A program made the position numbers and the translations under genes. The notes below the pieces were generated by a model. It saw only the letters and a program-made list of their open reading frames with translations, ran no database searches and was not told the origin of the DNA. Below are positions 37,580-44,992 of a stretch of DNA of 64,000 nucleotides, in pieces (the first letter of the stretch is position 1; every line of letters begins with the position of its first letter). Origin of the DNA: an uncultured Enterobacteriaceae bacterium (GTDB lineage Bacteria; Pseudomonadota; Gammaproteobacteria; Burkholderiales; SG8-39); contig CAYWSG010000002.1 of assembly GCA_964461055.1 (NCBI GenBank), forward strand, positions 1,580-65,579, in the 5' to 3' direction.

Positions 37580-37585
37580 ATTCTA
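37580..37585 (-). promoter_or_regulatory. -10-like hexamer TAGAAT for the DUF2062 gene
   Basis: Minus strand TAGAAT, about 30 nt upstream of GTG 37549. Lies directly before the comEC ATG on the other strand. Confidence 0.35.
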
Positions 37586-37586
37586 G

Positions 37587-39977
37587 ATGACCCCCCGCGC
37601 GCGCGGCGCCGCCGGCGTCAACGTGACGGCCCTCGCCATCGCCTGGACGGCCGGCGTCGCGGCGCTGCAGCTCCAGCCGGCGCTGCCGCCGCTCGCCACG
37701 TGGGCGCTCCTCCCCGGTGCAATGGCGCTCGCCTGGCTGAGGCCCCGCGCCGCGCCGCTTCTTGCCCTTGCGCTCGGCTTCTTCTGGGCGGCGGCCTTCG
37801 CGCAGGCGCGCATGGCCGAATGGCTTGCCCCGGCGCTCGAAGGCCGCGACATCGAGGTGCAAGGGGTGGTCGCAAGCCTGCCTGCCGTCGGAGAGCGCAG
37901 CGTCCGGTTCGAGCTCGAGGTGGAAGAGGCCGCTTCATTGCTCCCGCGCAGGCTGCTCCTCAACTGGTACGCCGACGGCGCTTCGCGCCCGAGGTACGCG
38001 GATGGCGCTTCGCGCTCGACTTCAGGCCCTCCCGCAGTCCCGGACGTCCCGAGCGTTCAACCCGGAGAGCGGTGGCGGCTCGTCGTGCGGCTTCGCCGTC
38101 CGCACGGCAACGTCAACGCGCATGGCTTCGACTACGAGGCGTGGCTTCTCGAGCGTGGCATCGGGGCCACGGGCTACGTGCGTCCGGGCGGGCACGAGCG
38201 CCTCGGCCTGCGTCGCGGCGTGGGCGACGCCATCGAGCGCGCCCGCGCCGCCGTGCGCGAGCGGTACTTCGCCATCCTGGGCGAAACGCCGGCGGCCGGC
38301 ATCCTCGCCGCTCTCGCCGTGGGCGATCAGGGCGCCATCGCCGCCGAGGAGTGGCGACTCTTCGCCGGCACGGGCGTCACGCACCTCATGAGCATCTCCG
38401 GGCTGCACGTGACGCTCGTGTCCGGGCTGCTCGCCTGGCTCGCCTCGGGACTCTGGCGGCGCGTGCCGGCGCTCGCGCTTCGCCTGCCCGCCCGCCGCGC
38501 CGGCGCGCTCGCCGCCATCGCGGGCGCACTCGGGTACACGGTGCTCGCCGGCTTCGCCATCCCGGCGCAGCGCACGCTCTACATGGTGAGCGCCGTTGCG
38601 CTCGCGGTGTGGTTCGGCCGCATCGCCTCGCCGCTGCGGGTGCTGGCGCTCGCCCTCGCCGCGGTGGTCGCCGGCGACCCCTGGGCGCCGCTCGCGCCGG
38701 GCTTCTGGCTTTCCTTCGGCGCCGTGGCGCTCATCTTCTACGTCGGAACGGGGTGGAGCCGCCCGGATCCCTGGTGGATCCAGTTTCCGCGCGTGCAGTG
38801 GTCCATTACCGTGGGTCTCGCGCCGGCCATCGTGCTTCTGTTCGGGCAGGTGCCGATGGCAGGCCCGCTGGCGAACGCGCTCGCCATCCCGCTCGTCTCC
38901 GCGGTCATCACGCCGCTCGCGCTGCTGGCGGCCATCGTCCCGGCCGAGGCGCTGCTCCACGGCGCTGCCTGGCTCGTCGAGTGGCTGCTCCGGTTCCTCG
39001 AATGGTGCGCCTCCCTTCCCGGCGCGCTCTGGCACCCCGTGCGACCGTCGCCGTGGGCGCTTGCGCTCGCGATCGGCGGGATCGCGTGGATGCTCGCGCC
39101 GCGCGGCGTGCCATGGCGGCTCGCCGGCGCCGCGCTGCTCGCGCCGGCGTTCGCCGCGCCGGCGCCCGCGCCGGCGCACGGGCAGGCCTGGATCACGGTG
39201 CTGGATGTCGGCCAGGGGCTCGCGGTGCTCGTGCAGACGGCGAGCCGGACGCTGCTCTACGACGCGGGACCGGCCTACGGCCCGGAGCTCGACAGCGGCG
39301 GGCGCATCGTCGTGCCGTGGCTGCAGGCGCACGGCATCGGCACGCTGGATGCCGTCTTTCTCAGCCACGAGGATGGCGATCACATCGGCGGGGCGGGGAC
39401 AGTCCTGGAATCCGTGGAGGTCGCCGCGCTTTACTCGTCGCTTCCGCCGTCGCACACGTTGCACGTCCTTGCGCCGCGCTCGCACGGCTGCGCCGCCGGA
39501 ATGGCGTGGGATTGGGACGGCGTGGGCTTCGAAGTGCTTCACCCGGGCCCTCGGTCCCCCGCGCGGCGCAACGACCGCAGCTGCGTGCTTCGCATCGATG
39601 CGGGCGGCGCTCGCGCCCTCGTGACCGGTGATATCGAGCGCGCCGGCGAGGTGGCGCTCCTCGCGGGCGGCGCGCGCCTCGACGCCGACGTGATCATCGT
39701 GCCGCACCATGGCAGCCGGACTTCGTCGACGGCAGGCTTCGTCTCGGCGGTGCGGCCGCGCTGGGCGATCGCGGCGGCGGGCTACCGCAATCGCTTTGGC
39801 CACCCGCATCCGGAAGTCGTCGCCCGCTACGCGGCGGCCGGCGCGACCATCCTGCGTACCGACCGCGATGGCGCGGTGCGCGTCGAGCTGGCGCCACCCG
39901 GTGGGACGCAAGGCGTTTCGGTCACGAGCGAGCGCGCCCGGCGGCCGCGCTATTGGCGCACCGCGCCCGTTGGATAG
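37587..39977 (+). CDS. comEC: DNA internalization-related competence protein ComEC/Rec2
   Basis: 796 aa. N-terminal OB/DUF4131 region, polytopic competence domain (THLMSISGLHVTLV), C-terminal metallo-beta-lactamase domain (FLSHEDGDHIGG ... VPHHGS). Confidence 0.92.
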   Translation: MTPRARGAAGVNVTALAIAWTAGVAALQLQPALPPLATWALLPGAMALAWLRPRAAPLLALALGFFWAAAFAQARMAEWLAPALEGRDIEVQGVVASLPAVGERSVRFELEVEEAASLLPRRLLLNWYADGASRPRYADGASRSTSGPPAVPDVPSVQPGERWRLVVRLRRPHGNVNAHGFDYEAWLLERGIGATGYVRPGGHERLGLRRGVGDAIERARAAVRERYFAILGETPAAGILAALAVGDQGAIAAEEWRLFAGTGVTHLMSISGLHVTLVSGLLAWLASGLWRRVPALALRLPARRAGALAAIAGALGYTVLAGFAIPAQRTLYMVSAVALAVWFGRIASPLRVLALALAAVVAGDPWAPLAPGFWLSFGAVALIFYVGTGWSRPDPWWIQFPRVQWSITVGLAPAIVLLFGQVPMAGPLANALAIPLVSAVITPLALLAAIVPAEALLHGAAWLVEWLLRFLEWCASLPGALWHPVRPSPWALALAIGGIAWMLAPRGVPWRLAGAALLAPAFAAPAPAPAHGQAWITVLDVGQGLAVLVQTASRTLLYDAGPAYGPELDSGGRIVVPWLQAHGIGTLDAVFLSHEDGDHIGGAGTVLESVEVAALYSSLPPSHTLHVLAPRSHGCAAGMAWDWDGVGFEVLHPGPRSPARRNDRSCVLRIDAGGARALVTGDIERAGEVALLAGGARLDADVIIVPHHGSRTSSTAGFVSAVRPRWAIAAAGYRNRFGHPHPEVVARYAAAGATILRTDRDGAVRVELAPPGGTQGVSVTSERARRPRYWRTAPVG
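37968..38021 (+). repeat. Imperfect in-frame 27-bp tandem repeat inside comEC
   Basis: TACGCCGACGGCGCTTCGCGCCCGAGG (37968-37994) / TACGCGGATGGCGCTTCGCGCTCGACT (37995-38021), 22/27 identical. Encodes YADGASRPR-YADGASRST. Confidence 0.85.
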
Positions 39978-39980
39978 AAT
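39975..39980 (+). promoter_or_regulatory. -10-like hexamer TAGAAT downstream of comEC (its TAG is the comEC stop), upstream of the hypothetical/hydrolase/aap genes
   Basis: TAGAAT is 39 nt upstream of ATG 40020. Confidence 0.3.
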
Positions 39981-40019
39981 GCGCCGGCGGGGAGGGGTTT
40001 CCGCCATGACCAACCCAAA

Positions 40020-40337
40020 ATGGAGGCGCCGGCCGTGTTCACTGCGGTGATTCGCGTGACGGGAGCGGGGCGGCTGCAGGACTTCCGCGAGCGCGTTCGC
40101 TGGCTGATGGTCCGTGACATCGATGCCGAGGACTACACCGAGCATCACACCCCGGATGCCCTCGAGTACCGCCTGGAGCCGAAGGCCGGCGTGCCGTTTC
40201 CGGTCTTCGTGCAGGCCTCGGCCGATTTCCCCGAGCTGCGCGTCGAGGCGAGCTGGGAAACCGACGCCCTGAAGGGCCGGGCGGTCATCGAGAACGGCCG
40301 GCTGGTCGAGCGGAACATCGAGAAGAAGGATGGCTGA
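40020..40337 (+). CDS. Hypothetical protein (105 aa)
   Basis: Strong GC3 bias consistent with coding. No recognisable motif. Alternative start GTG 40035 lies 8 nt after GGAGG (40022-40026). 8-nt overlap with the downstream hydrolase gene. Confidence 0.5.
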   Translation: MEAPAVFTAVIRVTGAGRLQDFRERVRWLMVRDIDAEDYTEHHTPDALEYRLEPKAGVPFPVFVQASADFPELRVEASWETDALKGRAVIENGRLVERNIEKKDG

Positions 40338-41244
40338 GGCGGTCTTGCGCGCGGCGGCCGTGCCCGAGCCGGCCGGGCAGGCGTGGCGCCGGCGCTCGGT
40401 GCAATGCGTCTCGCCGGCAGGCCTGCACCGCATGGCCTACCGCGAATGGGGCGATCCGCGAAACCGCGACGTGCTGATCTGCGTGCACGGCCTGACGCGC
40501 AGCGGCGCCGATTTCGATGCGCTCGCGCAGAGTCTCTGCGAGCGCTACCGGGTGGTCTGCCCCGACGTCGCCGGGCGGGGCGACTCCGACTGGCTGCGCG
40601 ACCCGTCCCTCTACGCGCTGCCGCAGTACGTGTCCGACATGGTCACGCTCATCGCCCGGCTCGACGTGGAAGAGGTCCGCTGGGTGGGCACGTCGATGGG
40701 CGGCCTCATCGGCATGGCGCTCGCCGCCCAGGCCGCGAGTCCTGTGAGAAGGCTCGTCCTCAACGACGCGGGGCCGGTCATCGCGCGCGCGGCCCTCGAG
40801 CGCATTGCCGCCTATCTCGGCAAGCCGCTCGCCTTTCCGAGCCTCGAGGAAGCCGAGCGCTACGTGCGCGAGATCTCCGCGCCGTACGGGCCGCACACCG
40901 ACGCGCAGTGGCGCGCGCTCACCGAGAGCTGGGTGCGCCGGGATGCCGACGGTACCTGGCGTCCGCGCTACGACCCGGCCATCGATCGCGCTTTTCACGC
41001 CACGCTGCCCGACAAGCAGGATGTCGAGCTCTGGCCGCTCTACGACGCGATCCGCTGCCCGACCCTCGTCATCCGCGGAGCGCTTTCCGATTTGCTCACG
41101 CGCGAGACCGCGGAGGCGATGACGCGCCGCGGGCCGAAGGCGAAGTCCGTCGAGATCCCCGGCGTCGGCCACGCGCCGACGCTCATGCAGGACGACCAGA
41201 TTTCCATCGTGCGCGACTTTCTATCGGAAGGAGACGAAAAGTGA
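40330..41244 (+). CDS. Alpha/beta fold hydrolase
   Basis: 304 aa. VLICVHGLTRSGADFD (oxyanion HG), nucleophile elbow GTSMGG, C-terminal GVGHAP catalytic His. Confidence 0.85.
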   Translation: MAEAVLRAAAVPEPAGQAWRRRSVQCVSPAGLHRMAYREWGDPRNRDVLICVHGLTRSGADFDALAQSLCERYRVVCPDVAGRGDSDWLRDPSLYALPQYVSDMVTLIARLDVEEVRWVGTSMGGLIGMALAAQAASPVRRLVLNDAGPVIARAALERIAAYLGKPLAFPSLEEAERYVREISAPYGPHTDAQWRALTESWVRRDADGTWRPRYDPAIDRAFHATLPDKQDVELWPLYDAIRCPTLVIRGALSDLLTRETAEAMTRRGPKAKSVEIPGVGHAPTLMQDDQISIVRDFLSEGDEK

Positions 41245-42239
41245 GAGCCATCGTGGCAGTCATCGTCCTGCTCGCCTGCGGCACGGCGGCGGCGCAGTCC
41301 ACCGCCCAGGCGGTGCGAAGCAAGGGCTACGTGCAGTGCGGCGTGAATACCGGCCTTGCGGGATTCTCGCAGCCGGACTCCAAGGGCGTCTGGCGCGGCA
41401 TCGACGTCGACGTCTGCCGGGCGGTCGCCGCGGCGGTCCTGGGGGATGCGAGCAAGGTCCGCTACACGCCGCTCACGGCGCAGCAGCGCTTCACGGCGCT
41501 GCAGTCCGGCGAGGTCGACATCCTCTCGCGCAACACGACCTGGACGTTGAGCCGCGACACGGGACTCGGCATCAACTTCGTCGGCACGAACTACTACGAC
41601 GGCCAGGCGTTCATGGCGCGGCGCAAGCTCAACGTGACGAGCGCGAAGCAGCTCGACGGGGCGACCGTCTGCGTCCAGCCCGGCACGACCACGGAGCTCA
41701 ACCTCGCCGACTACTTCCGGGCGAACGGCATGAGCTTCAGGCCCGTCGTGATCGAGAAGCTCGAGGAAGTGCTGAACGCCTACTTCGCCGGGCGCTGCGA
41801 CGTCTACACGACCGACCAGTCGGGGCTCGTCGCGGTGCGCGCCTCGCGCGCCCCCAATCCCGAGGAGCACGTCATCCTGCCCGAGGTGATCTCCAAGGAG
41901 CCGCTCGGGCCCGCCGTGCGCCACGGCGACGACCAGTGGTTCGACATCGTCAAGTGGTCGCTCTTCGCCATGATCGAGGCCGAGGAGCTCGGGCTCACCT
42001 CGAAGAACGTGGAGAAGCAGGGCTCGAGCAAGAACCCTTCGATCCAGCGGTTCGTCGGCGCCACCGGCGAGCTCGGCAAGATGCTCGGCCTCGACAACCG
42101 CTGGGCGCTCGAGATCGTGAAGCAGGTCGGCAACTACGGCGAGAGCTTCGACGCAAACCTCAAGCCGCTCGGCTTCGAGCGCGGGCTGAACCGCCTGTGG
42201 ACGCAGGGCGGCCTCCTCTACGCGCCGCCCCTTCGCTAG
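41241..42239 (+). CDS. aapJ: General L-amino acid ABC transporter substrate-binding protein AapJ-like
   Basis: GTG 41241 overlaps the hydrolase stop (GTGA). Signal peptide. GYVQCGVNTGLAGFSQPDSKGVWRGIDVDVCRAVAAAVLGD...LSRNTTWTLSRDT...CDVYTTDQSGL...LWTQGGLLYAPPLR closely follows AapJ/BztA as I recall it. Confidence 0.88.
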   Translation: MRAIVAVIVLLACGTAAAQSTAQAVRSKGYVQCGVNTGLAGFSQPDSKGVWRGIDVDVCRAVAAAVLGDASKVRYTPLTAQQRFTALQSGEVDILSRNTTWTLSRDTGLGINFVGTNYYDGQAFMARRKLNVTSAKQLDGATVCVQPGTTTELNLADYFRANGMSFRPVVIEKLEEVLNAYFAGRCDVYTTDQSGLVAVRASRAPNPEEHVILPEVISKEPLGPAVRHGDDQWFDIVKWSLFAMIEAEELGLTSKNVEKQGSSKNPSIQRFVGATGELGKMLGLDNRWALEIVKQVGNYGESFDANLKPLGFERGLNRLWTQGGLLYAPPLR

Positions 42240-42243
42240 CGGC

Positions 42244-43182
42244 TTGAAGCGCTCGGCGAAGCGGGCGGCGATCCAGGCGGCGGTGCTGCTCGCCGTCGGC
42301 GCGGCCGCCTGGTTTCTCGTCTCCAACACCCTCTCCAACCTCGAGGCCCGCCGCATCGCGAGCGGGTTCTCCTTTCTGCAGCGCGAGGCGGGCTTCGCCA
42401 TCGGCGAGTCGCCGATCCCCTACAGCGCCGCCGACAGCTACCTGAAGGCGCTCGTCGTCGGCCTCGCGAACACCTTCCGCGTTTCGGCGTTCGGCATCGT
42501 GCTCGCCACGCTGATCGGCTTCGCGGTCGGCCTCGGGCGGCTCTCGCCCAATGCGCTGCTGCGCGGGCTGTGCGCGGCGTATGTGGAGCTCTTCCGCAAC
42601 ACGCCACTCCTCGTGCAGCTCTTCTTCTGGTACGCGCTGATTACCGAGACGCTGCCGCCGGCGCGCGAGGCGCTGCAGCCGCTCCCCGGGGTGTTCCTTT
42701 CCAACCGGGGCATCTTCTTCCCGCTGCCGGGTAGCGTCCCCGTGCTGCAGGGCTTCAACTTCTCCGGGGGCGCGCACCTCTCGCCCGAGTTCGCTGCGCT
42801 GCTCGCAGGGCTGAGCATCTACACCGCCTCGTTCATCGCCGAGATCGTCCGCGCGGGCGTGCTCTCCATCCGCCGCGGCCAGCGCGAGGCCGCGCAGGCC
42901 CTGGGCCTCACGCCGGCGATGACCACCCGGCACGTGGTGCTGCCGCAAGCCTTGCGCGTCATCGTGCCGCCGCTCACCGGCACGTACCTCGATCTCACCA
43001 AGAACAGCTCGCTCGCCGTGGCGATCGGCTACCCGGACCTCGTCTCCATCGCCAACACGGCGATCAACCAGACCGGGCAGGCGATCGAGGGCATCGCCGT
43101 CATCATGGCCGTGTACCTGACGATCAGTCTTTCCATCTCCGCGCTCATGAACTGGTACAACGCCCGGGTGCTGCGCCGATGA
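42244..43182 (+). CDS. aapQ: Amino acid ABC transporter permease AapQ-like
   Basis: TTG start 4 nt after the aapJ stop. ELFRNTPLLVQLFFWY and EAAQALGLT...LPQALRVIVPPL (EAA loop). Confidence 0.85.
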   Translation: MKRSAKRAAIQAAVLLAVGAAAWFLVSNTLSNLEARRIASGFSFLQREAGFAIGESPIPYSAADSYLKALVVGLANTFRVSAFGIVLATLIGFAVGLGRLSPNALLRGLCAAYVELFRNTPLLVQLFFWYALITETLPPAREALQPLPGVFLSNRGIFFPLPGSVPVLQGFNFSGGAHLSPEFAALLAGLSIYTASFIAEIVRAGVLSIRRGQREAAQALGLTPAMTTRHVVLPQALRVIVPPLTGTYLDLTKNSSLAVAIGYPDLVSIANTAINQTGQAIEGIAVIMAVYLTISLSISALMNWYNARVLRR

Positions 43183-44246
43183 GGTGGCTGCGAGAGCACT
43201 TCTTCTCGTCGTGGCCGAGCGCGCTCACGACCCTCGTGCTCCTCTTCGTCCTCTTCGAGGCGCTCCCGCCCTTCATCGACTGGGCGTTCGTGGAGGCCAT
43301 CTGGACGGGGCCCGACGCGTCCGCGGCCTGCCGGGCGGCACGGGGCGAGGGCGCGTGCTGGGCCTACATCGGGGAGAAGCACCGCTTCATCCTTTTCGGC
43401 ACCTATCCGTACGACGAGCACTGGCGGCCGGCGCTCGCCATGCTGGTTCTCCTTGCCCTGTGGGGGCTCTCGGCGCTGCGGCGGGCATGGCGCTGGTGGC
43501 TCGCCGTCGTCTGGGGCTGCGGCCTTGCCGCGATCGGCGGGCTCATGTGGGGCGGATTCGCGGGCCTTCCCTATGTCGAGAACGAGCGCTGGGGCGGCCT
43601 CATGCTGACGCTCCTCCTCACGACCTTCGGCATCGCGGCGGCCTTTCCACTGGCGATCGCGCTCGCCCTCGGCCGGCGCTCGACGCTGCCGGTGGTCCGG
43701 GCGCTGTGCATCGGCTACATCGAGCTCATCCGCGGCGTGCCGCTCATCTCGCTTCTCTTCATGGCCTCGGTCATGCTGCCGCTCTTCCTGCCCGAGGGCC
43801 TGTCGATCGACAAGCTGCTGCGGGCGCAGATCGCGCTGATTCTCTTCGCCGCCGCCTACCTCGCCGAGGTGGTGCGCGGCGGCCTCCAGGCCATCCCGCG
43901 GCACCAGTACGAGGCGGCCGACGCCCTCGGCCTCGGCTACTGGTCGCGCACCGCCTTCGTCATCCTGCCGCAGGCCTTGCGAATCGCCGTGCCGCCGCTC
44001 GTCAACGTCCTCGTCGGCTTCTTCAAGAACACCTCGCTCGTGGTGATCATCGGCCTCTACGATCTCCTCACCTCCGTGAAGGTGGGGCTGCAGGAGCCGG
44101 CCTGGAGCGGCTTCGGCGTCGAGGCGTATCTCTTCGCGGCCGCGACCTATTTCATCTTCTGCGCCGCCATGTCGCTCTACAGCAGGCGGCTCGAGCTCGC
44201 GTCGCCCGGCTCTTCCTGGCCGCCCGCGCGCGCCGCCGGGTCCTGA
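43179..44246 (+). CDS. aapM: Amino acid ABC transporter permease AapM-like
   Basis: ATGA overlap with aapQ. IELIRGVPLISLLFMASV, EAADALGLGYW...LPQALRIAVPPL. C-terminal about 20 aa run 70 nt into the convergent mtfA 3' end. No ATPase gene follows. Confidence 0.85.
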   Translation: MRWLREHFFSSWPSALTTLVLLFVLFEALPPFIDWAFVEAIWTGPDASAACRAARGEGACWAYIGEKHRFILFGTYPYDEHWRPALAMLVLLALWGLSALRRAWRWWLAVVWGCGLAAIGGLMWGGFAGLPYVENERWGGLMLTLLLTTFGIAAAFPLAIALALGRRSTLPVVRALCIGYIELIRGVPLISLLFMASVMLPLFLPEGLSIDKLLRAQIALILFAAAYLAEVVRGGLQAIPRHQYEAADALGLGYWSRTAFVILPQALRIAVPPLVNVLVGFFKNTSLVVIIGLYDLLTSVKVGLQEPAWSGFGVEAYLFAAATYFIFCAAMSLYSRRLELASPGSSWPPARAAGS

Positions 44247-44974
44247 CGGTAGAAGCGAGCGAGCTGCTGGTAGACGTCGGGATAGCGCCGGCGCGTCTCG
44301 AGCGGATCCTCGAAGAACGCTTCGCTGATGACGGCGAAGAACTCCGAGGGATGCTCGGCCGCGTAGGGGTCGAGCCAGGTTGCACGCCCTCGGTCCACCG
44401 CATCGCAGAAGCCTTCGTATGCCTCGGCGAAGGCTTCGGTCCAGGCCCGGCGATCCATGTCGGCGTGCAGCGGCGGCAGCCCGTCGGCCTCGCCGTTCAG
44501 CATGTCGAGCTTGTGCGCGAACTCGTGGATCACGACGTTCATGGCCGGATCGTGCGCCGCGGCGTCCCACGAGAGCACCACCGGTCCGCCATGCAGCGCC
44601 TGCCCGGAGAGATCGTCGTCCCATTCGTGGAGCACGCCCGTCTCGTCGAGCTCCGTGCGCCGCACGCGGAAGTCGCCCGGATACACGACGATCCCCGTCC
44701 AGCCGCCCAGCCAGTCGAGGCCCAGCTCGAGCACGAGAAGGCAGGCCTGCGCGGCGATGCTCACGCGCATCGCATCCGTGATGCGCATGCCGGCGGCGGC
44801 TTCGAACTGCTTCTCGGCGAGAAAGACGAGCACCAGTTCGCGCAGCCGGGCCATCTCTTCGCGGCTCAGCCGCTCGATGCTGGCGAGCTGCCGCGTCGCC
44901 TGGCGCCAGAGCGCATCGTCGAGCCGGTGCTTGCGCACGATGCGCCGGCGGCGCCAGTCCTTGAGCCACCCCAT
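44177..44974 (-). CDS. mtfA: MtfA (Mlc titration factor A) / M90 zinc-dependent peptidase family
   Basis: 265 aa MGWLKDWRRRRIVRKHRLDDALW.... Zn motif VVIHEFAHKLD, EFFAVISEAFFEDP. CAT at 44972-44974. Confidence 0.88.
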   Translation of the reverse strand: MGWLKDWRRRRIVRKHRLDDALWRQATRQLASIERLSREEMARLRELVLVFLAEKQFEAAAGMRITDAMRVSIAAQACLLVLELGLDWLGGWTGIVVYPGDFRVRRTELDETGVLHEWDDDLSGQALHGGPVVLSWDAAAHDPAMNVVIHEFAHKLDMLNGEADGLPPLHADMDRRAWTEAFAEAYEGFCDAVDRGRATWLDPYAAEHPSEFFAVISEAFFEDPLETRRRYPDVYQQLARFYRQDPAARAGGQEEPGDASSSRLL

Positions 44975-44980
44975 GCGGCC

Positions 44981-44987
44981 TAAAATA
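44981..44987. promoter_or_regulatory. Overlapping divergent -10-like hexamers in the 18-bp mtfA/relA intergenic region
   Basis: Plus strand TAAAAT (44981-44986), 6 nt, relA GTG 44993. Minus strand TATTTT (44987-44982), 7 nt, mtfA ATG 44974. Confidence 0.45.
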
Positions 44988-44992
44988 CCCGC

